Origin: Klebsormidium nitens
Lineage: Eukaryota > Plantae > Klebsormidiophyceae
Direction of reading: 5' to 3'
NCBI GenBank assembly: GCA_000708835.1
Contig: DF236994.1
Coordinates: forward strand, 124,001 to 188,000
Length of the DNA stretch: 64,000 nt
The position numbers and the translations under genes are program-made. Position 1 is the stretch's first letter. Every line of letters starts with the position of its first letter. The notes beneath the pieces are model-generated. The model was not told the DNA's origin and ran no database searches. It saw nothing but the letters and a program-made list of their open reading frames with translations. Below, in pieces: positions 1 through 10,839 of the stretch.

Positions 1-282
1 CGGATCTTGACAATATTACCGACACCCGGGTCTTCTTGTACCACTTTGCCTTCGAAGCGGTCCTCCATCGCTCGTCCTATCACATGTTCTGATGCCCACG
101 ACTTTCCAGCAATAGGCAATTTCTGACGGCCACGTCGCCTTTCAATCTTCAAGAAGGCTCGCAGTTTCATTTGAGACGAACTTTCATACGACCGTTTCCT
201 CCGACCTTGACCGGTGTAATCCATTGAGAGCAGTCAGTCGTCACCGACGGTCTGGGAGGCCTGAGGTTCGTCCTAATCGCAG

Positions 283-721
283 TCTATGGGGCTGGACGTA
301 TTGGAGCATTCGCCTTTGAGAGCCCCTGTCAGAATCCTCAGCGCTGCCGCTGCATCTGTGATCGCCTCATACTTACCACCGTCTTCCCTGTGTGTTGCGA
401 TTGTTTCTTTGCGGAACCGTCAGTCTGTGAATATATTGCGTCATTTTGATGTGTCCGAGGATGCCGTCTCATTCACCCTTTCATTCACCATGGGCTTAAG
501 TTGCTGACGTAACCTCTGTCGTCATCCTGCAGGCGTTGCACCCGGCTCTCGTCGGCCTCCTTCCTGAAATTGAGGTGCAAAGAGCGAAGGGGCAGGAGGG
601 CTTCCGGGCACGGTTGGCCGCCCTCGAGGCGCGGCTCGCTCCGCTGGAAGAAGCAGCCGAAGTAGAACGGAATGACGTTCTGAATATTGAAATGCTCCGC
701 GCTCTGGTCACTTGTACATGA
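283..721 (+). CDS. Probable last exon(s) of an unidentified gene that starts before the window
   Basis: Branch-like GCTGAC at 503-508 and acceptor CCTGCAG| at 532, followed by a GC3-rich open frame 533-721 (ALHPALVGLLPEIE...VTCT*). A possible upstream exon follows CGCAG| at 282. No recognisable domain. Confidence 0.35.
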
Positions 722-2127
722 TTGTACTTTGATTCGTCAATGAGAACTTCTTCCAGTCTAATTTGCAGAGCGCGTAGTCCAGAACTAGCACCATCGAAGC
801 GCCACTATTTGCTAGCTTACCGTTTACCACGTGCAACTAAAGGTTCGTTCCGTAAGATAAACAATTACAGTGCAACCGCGCTTACGGACATATTCCCGTC
901 AAACCGGAGCATATGTCCTGACGAGTCGTCTGCTAAGGAGTTTATCATTGTAATTGTCAACGGTTACATCCAGCATCCACCGTCCAATCATTTCGACGTC
1001 AAGGTGGCCTCCAAGTCGAGGCTTCTCAAAGGCGTACGCACGCATCAGGAGCATGCTAACTTAGGTTCGAGGACCATCCTTTCTCACCAGCTAGCTAGCA
1101 TTCTCTCACCCTTTGGAAAAGGCGGCAGCCACAATTTCCATGCAGCATTTCTAATTCAAGCTTCAAGCTGGCGTCCATGCAATGAAGAATGTTGTCAGAA
1201 TCGACATGCAGATCCGTTCTTCTGATCATATCTGCACTGATTCAATGGGGATGCACGTGGTCGTGCATTAGCCGTGGTTAGTGCGGCACGCAACCGACAT
1301 GCACGCTGCTTTCATACTGAGCAAGTATCGACTACCAGTAGCGAAAATGCCATGATGATCTAGTTTTTCCGCGCCTTCGTTGCATGACGTAAGCTGCCAA
1401 TCAAGAATGTTCAATGCACATGGAACGATCGACGCCGAGTGATGGCTCATCACGGTTGCAAGAAAAGTATCTGCAACTTTCAAACAAGAGTGGCGGCTAG
1501 GTGCGGCCATCACTTGGACTCAGTCAGGTCGAACAGTTCCAACGGTCCTACGTGGCAGGTAAAGGCTGTTGTCGGAAAGATATGCGCGCGCTGCTGGTGC
1601 TATAATTTGAGCCGTCGACTTGGAATGAGCTATTTCAAACCGTTTGATCATGTGTCGGGGTTTCCCGCCCTTCGTTTTTGGGCGCATTCGTATGCTTGGC
1701 ACTTGGGATTGACGTGCAACACACGTGGACTCGTCTGCAGACACTATTCGCAACGCTGCTTTTGACTTCCAGTCACTCTGTGCTGATGAGCGCCTCTCTC
1801 TGAGATTGGCGACCTGTGCCAATTCTGCAGGTCTTCGTGGGATCTGCGTCATGGAGCGGTGAAGTTCTTTGCTTACTCCGAGTTGCCTGAGCCAAAAAAG
1901 TGGGAGGCAACGAGAAGCACTTTATCCAAAAAGCAGGCTCATCGATGAAGAACTTCAAGTTCTTCGTGCAGCAAAGCGGAAGCTAGGACACAGAAAAGCT
2001 CCGGACAAAAGGTGTCAAAACGTGCTGTAACCAAGGTGGTCAGAGTAGTTTTGACAGAATTTGCAAGCACATCTACAAAGCGCATGCAAATCCTGAAGAG
2101 CTCAAGAGTGAATCTCAGAGGCCAAAT

Positions 2128-3521
2128 ATGGCTCCATCCTCTTCTCCATTTGACTTGATTCCAGATGAAGTGGTCAGTTTCATACTGGGGTTTGTGGGGA
2201 ACCGCATCAAAGGCTTGCATCACTGGCAGCCAAGGCCCAACTTGAATTGTGCGAAGGATCTATTTCGGGCACAGCTGGTTTGCAGGCGCTTTGAAAAACT
2301 GACTCATCAGATTGCTGCCTTAGACTGGCCCTTGAGGAACGAAGAAGAGGGGCTTGGTCTCGCAACTTTTGTGAACCACGAGCACTTCTCGGTGGACACC
2401 CTGAACCTGCTCGTTACGGAGAATGTTGAGGAACTTCCGCATCAACTCATCTTTTCAAGCTCTCTCCTGAAGCGTCTTCCAGAGACAGTCAACGTATTCT
2501 GCATGCGATCTCCATCTCCCCATGAAGCTCTCGGCCACGGATCCTTGATATACAGGACACCGGATCCGCAAACGAACAACAAAATTGTGGAGAAGCTTCT
2601 GTCTGGATCAAACATTAGACGGTTCAGAATCCAAACCACCGGCTGGACCAGCCTTGTGAACATCAACATGCTCCAAGAGACGCCAAGTTTGTTTCTGAGG
2701 CACATTGATCTTTCAGGAAAAGTAGCCATTGGTGTGATTGCGCTCAACAATCTGCTCAGAAGGTGCATCAAGATTGAGACTCTGAAGGTCAATGAGATTT
2801 TCAGACCCGAAGTCTTCTTCGACGACGACACATCAATCGTTGAAGCTACTGGACCTGTTATTGTGAAATCCAAACACTTAAGCTCCTGCACTTGAAGTCC
2901 ATCCACTTCCTGTCCATTGACATTCAGGCAAGCAGTCTTCGTCACGTGAAACTTAACCGTGAGTTCTGCTCCATTTCAATGATGACCCCCCTTTTAGAGA
3001 CGCTTGAGCTCTGTTTGGAGGAACTAGAAGGTCCAGTACTATTTGCCGGGCCTTGCAGCATGCTGGATCACCTTCGCGTCTGCTGCAACAACAGTTCCTG
3101 GGCAGAACGTGGTGTTCCTCTCCTTTTTCAGTGTCCTTCTTTAACGGCTCTGACTGTCGAAGGAGGACTAGAGATGCAGGATCTATCAATTGCCACGTTT
3201 CTGTCGCAGCTGCCTTCGAACCTTAGGAGGCTGAGTATCGATCAGAAGTTCCTTGCCAGCCTCAGTTCGTCACAAGTTCAAGGGGTTCGGTCCCTTCCAA
3301 AGTTGGAGAGTTTGGAAATCGACAGCCACGATCGACTTGGCTCCTTTTACAAGCTTCAGTTGCTTGTTGAAGCTATGCCCAACTTACAGAAAGTCCAAGC
3401 ACTGATACAAAGCGACATAAAGCAGAGCGAAACAGCAGATATAATAGCCTTCGTGCGCAAAACGTTCAATAACATTCCAGAGTTGGACGTCCGCCTTCGT
3501 CTTCAAAAACATTTGAACTAA
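2128..3521 (+). CDS. F-box / LRR (RNI-like) protein, copy 1, with one frameshift
   Basis: N-terminal F-box (FDLIPDEVVSFILGFV...LFRAQLVCRRF) followed by LxxLxL repeats. ORFs 2128-2895 and 2892-3521 join if one A is added to the AAA at 2872-2874 (VIVKSKTLKLLHLKS). Intronless; paralogous to 4781-6120. Confidence 0.75.
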
Positions 3522-4780
3522 TCACGGAGGTGGAAGTACATCAGACGTTTCACGGACATAGAATTATGGAGGAGTGGGACTCAGTACAATCAGTAGTGCT
3601 GTTTTTATTTAGCATGCATTGGCAGGCTTGAAGGTAGTAATTTGAAGCAGAGATAATTCAATGATCTGTGGTCTTTTACACGTTTTGCTACTTCCTTGGT
3701 ATGACCCCGGTATGACGAGAAAGAGATTCTCAAGACCAGCTTGTCAGACTTTTTGTAAAGACATTCTTGGTTCACTGCGCAAGCTTCGGACCCAAAGGGA
3801 CTGTCTAAAGCCCGGGGTCTAAAGCCGACAGTCCCTTTCATACTTTCCATTTTCTACTAGCAACGTTAATTTACTGTCTACTGTAAGACGTCTCGATAGA
3901 CATATGAAAAGAGAGGGACGGTGGCGGAATTATCGGTAGACTATCAGGGTGCACATGACCACAAGCTTTCCATGCAAGTACCTTAAAATAATGCAGACAG
4001 TTTCGGATTTTCATCTAATCTCTCGTGCTTCTGGGATTGGCAACGGCAGGACAAGCGCAGAAGAACTCCAATATATAGATGCACATAGCTGTGAAACCAT
4101 TGGCTTACAATTCAGATATCGGAGTCCGACGCAGCTTAACGCCTTCATTAATGCATGCTTTACTTGGATGATCGATATGTCTCCGTTTTTTCTTTGTTTT
4201 CCTCCCAGGGTGACCTGTACCGGCGTTCTGCACGTGTCTTGTTGACATTCTTTCGGGCTCGACAGTATCATATATTCAATATTGACCAGCTTGACAATGA
4301 GCGATTGAAAACGCAGGGAAGCACCGAAGATTATGCCAGACCCTAGACCTTATGGATTATGTGGTCTAGCTAGGTTGCAGGAGGAAATGCTCACCAGAGA
4401 CCACGGCGCAAAATGGGGAAGCGCTGCTGATCGATCCGTCTTCCGTCAGTCAGTCACGTCAATTGTTCAAAGGAGCTCGTCGGGTCTGAACAATAAGTAG
4501 ATTGAAAAAGTGGCAGATGACCGAGACGGTCGGCTCTACAGCAGCCTGCAGTGATACTGTTGTTCAGTCACACGTCAAAGCTAGTGGTCTCATGTAGCAG
4601 GCGCCCTGTAAGATTCGTCGAACAAGCTTGGCTGGATAGACCAGTGGCAGAGTAGGGCTTCATAGTGCACTGAAAGATCACTCCATCATTGTGCGAGCAA
4701 TTTGATATGTAGGCAACTCCGTAGCGCTAGCTACTAGGAAGGAGTGCGCCAGGGGTAATCTGAGAGCATTGATCTATGAG

Positions 4781-6120
4781 ATGGCTCAGCCATCTTACTT
4801 TGACTTGTTGCCGGACGAAGTAGTCATTTCCATCCTAGGATTCGTTTGCGACAATGAAGAGAATTGGCCCGAAGAGGAGGGCACGAAGGACCTCATTCGA
4901 GCACAACTAGCGTGCAGGCGCTTCGAAAAGCTGGCTCATGAGATTAGATCTCTGAGTTGGCCTCTGCGAACAGAGGAGGAGGGGCTTGGTCTCAGGTCCT
5001 TCGTCAGCCATGAGTCTTTCTGTGCGGAGAAGTTGAAGTTGTTCGTCATCGAAGGAAATCAGGATTTTCCTTACCACCTTGTCTTCACACAATCTGTTCT
5101 TGAGCTTCTGCCAAAAAGCATTACTATCATATGCACTACGTCTGACGACTGGTATTCGGAAGGAAAATACGTCAATTTCAATTTATCTGGGCCAGATCTG
5201 AGCAGAAGCATTCTGGAGTACATTCTTCTGGGGTCCAGGACCGAAGAGCTGAGCATTCTTTCAAACTTCGATCGTGGTCAAGTTTACCTTGACCACTTAA
5301 GAGAGGCACCAAGCTCCACTCTGAAGCACCTCGACCTGTTAGAAGCGATAGTAGACATAACTGTACTGGAAAATCTGCTCCGAAGGTGCTCCCAGATCGA
5401 GACTTTGAAGGCTTGGATGGATGGAATTTGGTCCGAACCAGAGGCTGGAGCTGCTAAATTGTTGTTCAATCTGAAACGCTAGTAAACTTAGAGCTCCTGA
5501 ATGACGACTGCTTAATCATAGAAGTAGAGGCACGCAAGCTCCTCAATCTGGTCATTAGCAACTGCAGCCAGCTAATTCTGAAGACCCCTGCACTGCAAAT
5601 CTTAAGGCTTATTGGCGTAGATTGCTTGCAACATCCTCTGCTCTTTGCCCAGCCCTGCGATCGCCTCAGGCACTTGCGCCTGGACGACTGCTCGAAGAAA
5701 TGCTGGACGAAATGGGTGGTGCCAATCCTTCGGACGTGTCCTTCCATCACCGAATTGAACCTGGGGAGTGACGGTGGCAGAATAAAGGATCTTCCTATCA
5801 GCCGCTTCCTACTGCAGCTGCCTTTGAACCTCAGGATGCTGAGCATAGATGGTGAATTTCTTTCCTGCCTTCGCTTATCAAAACCTCAAGCCTCTAGAGT
5901 GCCCCTGGACTTAAAGCACTTAAAGATTGGGCCAATCAAGAACTTCGAGTCTTACTTTCGAATCCGGTTGCTTTGCGAAGCAATGTCCCGATTGCAAAGA
6001 CTTGAGGTCCATATTTCTGGGACACGACACAGAGATTCAGCGGGCATCCTTGCATACTTCCACAAGGACTTTCAGACCGTCGACGTGCTAGATATCCGCT
6101 TTGAGAATGAGTCTGGTTGA
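4781..6120 (+). CDS. F-box / LRR (RNI-like) protein, copy 2, with one frameshift
   Basis: F-box FDLLPDEVVISILGFV...LIRAQLACRRF; shares WPLRxEEEGLGL and LLRRC with copy 1. Adding one A at AAA 5456-5458 gives AAKIVVQSETLVNLEL and an open frame to TGA 6120. Confidence 0.75.
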
Positions 6121-6430
6121 AGCTAAGGACAAATCTTAAGTGCTTGAGCGTAGTAGGATCGTCCACAAACGAGACATTTCTTAGTAGAGGGTTTGGGCCG
6201 GCTGGTGTAGAAGATGCATTTCGTTTGCATTTACGTCCTTCTACTGAACAAGTTATCCAGCACAAAGCTGACTTGTGAAGAGCGATCGCAGCGTAAGCTT
6301 CCCCAATGACAGAATGACAAGTTCTGTGTGATCGAAGATCGTATGGAGATCATGCAGATCGTTCGTGAATTCATTGTCCAGATGTTGTTTTGGCCATCCA
6401 GAACATCGGGTACTCTCAGTATCAAAGGGA

Positions 6431-6918
6431 GCAAAGCCTTCCACTGGCGGCTTCGCAAATCTCAAACATGGATTATGTGCGCAGCAGATACCTGGGGAAA
6501 TATACTGTGTAGGCCACGAGAGATTCGGCATGTTGTTTTACCGTGCATGACTCGGACGTATAATGCATCGAATTTAACTTATAGTCGCTCGGCGTGCGGT
6601 GAACGTCGATAGAAATCATTGAATGAAATACAATCATGAGTCCTTAGGCTCTTCAGATGTTTATGACACATATGGAAATATATTATACCATGACATTGCA
6701 TGCCGCATGATGGCGAACTTATCAATCATGCTGTCATTCAAACCCGTAAGGGAATTATCGGTCTTCCACAAGCCGATTATGAACTGCAGCGTCCAAGCCA
6801 AGTGATTAAGCCAAGTGATTAGAATAATCGCTTGGCCGGCAACGGGTTTATTGTTGCATACGTACAGGCCTGGCAGTACGCGGGTGTTGGTTGGCAAGAG
6901 CAGTTCCTCATGTACTAT
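6431..6918 (+). pseudogene. Possible degenerate SET-domain-like fragment
   Basis: Motifs in SET order across stops and frameshifts: KPST...HGLCAQQIPGE, DGELINHA (6709-6732), AYVQAWQYAGVGWQEQFLMYY. Motif resemblance only. Confidence 0.3.
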
Positions 6919-7146
6919 CTTCTACTTGGTGCCTCTGTATCTCGCAACTTCAGGCCTCTGAGATTGCACCATGTCCGTGTATGGTAGTGTCTAGAATCTA
7001 ATGACCTGTGTTTGGGTTGGACGCGCTCCCCTCGAGTTCATGTGTACGTTTCCGGCAAGATGACGACTGAGACGTGTAATCGATTCCATTTCATTGAATG
7101 ACGACCACTGCATAGTCCTAGACGTACGTATACTGACGCCCTTCGA

Positions 7147-9860
7147 CTACTGATTTCCCCGCAACTTATCAATAGCATCGGAAAGGAGCTTCCGGGTACT
7201 CTGAGCCGATTCCACGGATTCTGGAAGGCCTTTCACTGCACAGCCAAAGGAAGGTGTATAAGAGCTTGGAAGCCGTGTACCCTATCTTCACAATAAGCCG
7301 CTTGTACGGCGTCGTTTAGAAGCGCCCTTTCTAGCCGAGGAACTCCCTGACAGGTCAGCATGCGTCGAACACTGACGAGCACCAAGGGCACGACATATAG
7401 GCAAGAGCTCAAGCGCGCTCTCCTTAAGATTTTTCAAAGAGCGAGGCTCTAATGGCAAGTGCCACTTCCTTTGGTGATGAAGCTCAGTTGACTGCCAGAG
7501 CCAAGCCCGAGCTTCGATTACATGTGGGCCATCACAACAAAGTCAAAGAGCTATTAGGCACTTGCCTGCACAATCACCGACGCCCCACTCGGACCCCCTG
7601 ACGCAATACTTGTCCAAGATCTCCTTCTTATTCCTGCAGGTATGCGACGCATGGTCAGTCTACGAAGAACAAAGGCCTCGCCAATACGTAACTCCGGATC
7701 AGCCACCTAGGAGTCCGACGAGTTCCACGAGGCATGATACCGAGGAGTGCAATCGACCGACCTTTGTGAAGGTCAGAGTGTTTACAAAGACGACAATAGT
7801 TCCGTGAATAACTGGCCCTCCTTTCCGCAGCTCCAAAAAACCAATTTCGAGGAAGTGGCACCAGCTTAGATATGGGTTTGCTACCCACTTTCCGGAGGAC
7901 GTCTCGACGATTAAAAACAGCCAATTCTGCGCCACAATGCCAACTTGCTGACCCTCATCTCAAATCAGCTTTTGTCTGACGCTTAAGCAACTCTTCTACC
8001 CTCCTCAATGTCATCGTTTGTCTCCTCAGACTGGCTTCTGCACCAGCTTCAGTCCAAGACTCAAGTTAGAACCGATGAAAATCCTTATTCGCCACCCTGT
8101 GATCGACCTCACGAAACGAGAAGACCCCAGACGGGATGACCTCATCCAAGGCGTCCATTGCAAACGCAGTGGACTCACGCATCCGCTCTTCCGGTTTCAC
8201 AGACGAACCTGCTGTCCAGGCTTGCTCCTCAACCTTGCAAACTCCTAGAGCACGTCGCCTTCTGAAGGAACATTCCTCTAAGAAATGACGCCTTTCCTCT
8301 CAACCTCCACAGCACTTACTTCTCCTTATTGTCGGCCGACTTCTTACGTAGCTCCTTCAGGAGGTCCGACTGCTCAAAGCTGGAATCCAAGTCGTCCTGC
8401 CTCTTCTTGTTCCCCTCTGCACAGACATACAACTGTCACCTTCCAGAAAAGGGCGTTTGAACTTTCAGAGCTCTGGTTGCTCCTTCATGGAACAATATCC
8501 CAACGTCGCGGAGTGGATCAGCCTGAAAAACGTGTTTCTTGTGCTCCAGTGCAGAACATCCAAGATCTTAAGCTCTAACCCCATGCCGAAGAACTCTGGC
8601 AAGCACTGCAGAGGACAATCGAGAAATGAGAAACTTGAGAGGAAAATGCATCACGAAATGCAAACAGCAACCTCGTATGAAGACTCATGACCGTCCGCTT
8701 GATGTTGTACACAATCGTTCAAAGCACAAGAGATTCGAAGCACAAGAAATCCAAAGCACCAGAAAAGACGACCACTCTGCACAGATGAACCCCAAAAAGT
8801 CAATTTCATCGCCTTGAGTACATCACGTCAACAAATACTAAATCCATGCTTGGCAAGAGCTAGCTGTATACTTACATGACCTGTGAGGGATTCGGGACAA
8901 CACTTTCAGTTGCCCCCGCCAATTGTCTGTGGACTCACCTTTAATCTGTTTGAAGAGGCCGATCTCAGGAAGCCCCGGAGCTTCCGCCTGCTCCAGCCCT
9001 TGCGAGCCTGATAAGATCCCGGCCTGGGCTGCAGCAGGGAGGAACTGCGACATTTCAGCGCTGTCCCCTTGCCAAACAGGTCATCAAAATGTCTTTGCAA
9101 TAATGAAACATCTTTAAACACTCATGTTCGAAACTACAGAACTGAACTCATGTCAGCAACATCGAGCAGCGGATGACGGCAGCAGTGGTAGGCCTGCCCA
9201 TTTTCCACAACCCCAGGAATTTGAATTGCGAGCGAGGAAACACCCCGGAAAGCTTCGCCGCCTTAATTGCTGCTGCACCACCAGCTACATCAAGAAATCT
9301 CAGAAGTCACAAAGGACATTTGTCGAAATGCCTGCCCATCTACCATCATGGCAAGGTGGAGTGTTTCTGGCTCACTTTGATATGGCGCTTGTATAGTGCA
9401 TGGAAGGTAAGAAGTAGGACATCAGATACATCATCGCTGACAAATTACACATTCGGAAAGTTCTACAAAAACCAAAAGTCCGATTCACGAGCACAAATCA
9501 CAGGGCAAGGTACCCGCACCGGGAACTTCTGAAAACCTCCTCACCTGGAGTGACCGTCGCAAGGGAAAGTCCTGCCGCTGCTAGTCCTGCTAAGAGGACT
9601 TGTCTCCTCTGGACATCAGCATTGGACTTGCCCGCAACTCCAGTGCTGCGCGATTCCTTCGCGAGGGCAGCCTTGCAGCTAGAACACGTGACTGTGCTAC
9701 CGGACTTGATGCGTGCACTCCAAGGTTTCCTACTTTGATGGCAGGCCGGCTGGGCGGGTGCGCTTGCAGCAACAACTGTGGAGCTGTTGGAAAATTTGTT
9801 CTCCAACAAAGCTGATGGACAGAAAGACACGCCCGGAAGCAGACGAGCTGCGGAGGCCAT
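7147..9860 (-). CDS. Conserved uncharacterised chloroplast protein with transit peptide and twin-arginine thylakoid-lumen signal
   Basis: Five phase-compatible exons: 9860-9545, 9028-8939, 8416-8320, 7633-7566, 7235-7147. Ser/Ala-rich transit peptide, then QRRQVLLAGLAAAGLSLATVTPAQA, then GILSGSQGLE...EILDKYCVRGSEWGVGDC. From memory this matches a plant family like Arabidopsis At5g42070 (unverified). Confidence 0.8.
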
Positions 9861-10839
9861 CGTTCTATTGCACGATCAGGGGGCGCCTTGAGCAGATTGA
9901 TGTGGCGCGACAGCAGATGTTGGCGCCCGCGATGGCAGCTTCAACTTGTGCACGTTTATAGATCTGTGCACCATGCAGCTCAATTTCATGCAGGCTGCCT
10001 GGTGCTCCAGCTTTTAATGAGGAACTAGGGGAAGCGAGGGATAAGGAAGGCCCCGGTAAAGTTTGTCTTTCATAGCAGGAGGCTGCAACAAGTTGCAAGC
10101 GGTAATGGTTGGCCCTTCCAGAAAATCAAGCCGCGCGGCAGGCATTCTTGTCCTCACGATGACGTCCCACGTGGAATTCTGCCTATCACCGGCCAGATTT
10201 TGGTACACCGTCTGAGGCGCGGAAGCACGGGCCGAGCGATCGGGAGATACGGCCCCCGATTGCACACGCAGATCTGGCCACTCCTGATTGGCGCGACCAT
10301 CGTCAGCACCAGCTCACGGTGAGGTGGTTCTTGTGCTTCTGGCCCACTGAGGGCGCAACATTCTATGGCGGCGAATCCCAACTGCCTGTCAGGAGTGCTT
10401 TGAGAGAAGCATTTGTTCAGCAAGAACGGTTGCGTACTACTCTTGGCTGCCTCTCTTTGGTGAGAGGCAAGCTGGTTGCTTTTCTAAGCTGGACTGTGGG
10501 GTGAAAGGTCTGGCTGGATTGCTGGAAAGGGGCAAGCTGTGGCGGACGAGAGAGTTGGAGGAAGAAGTGCTCAGATATCCTTCAGCTCTGGTGTCAAATT
10601 CGGGCACAGGGGTCTTTTACGTATTCCGCAGGTTGCCGGTGCAGATCTGCGCAGATCGAGACTGCCACAAAGTGGCAAGATCTGCTCATCCTGACCAGAT
10701 CTGGATTGCAGTCTGCTGATTACCTCACCTGCCAGGTGCAAAGGCCAACCAGGATGGGATTTTCCTGTTTGCCAGTAGGCGGAGCACAACTAGCAACCAC
10801 GTGAAGTTGAAGTCCAAAGCCTGAGCACCAACTCGCAGG

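Noticed and set aside
722-1852. Several overlapping ORFs on both strands, with vague resemblance to 3605-4271
   Set aside because: No domain, no consistent splice model, and the similarity is too weak to support a paralog pair.
3949-4346. Possible small spliced plus-strand gene (strong acceptor at 4208, exon GDLYRRSARVLLTFF...)
   Set aside because: No convincing start or upstream exon and no recognisable product.
5431-5482. Short intron as an explanation for the F-box copy 2 frameshift
   Set aside because: Poor donor (GTCCGA), only ~52 nt, and it would delete residues that align with copy 1.
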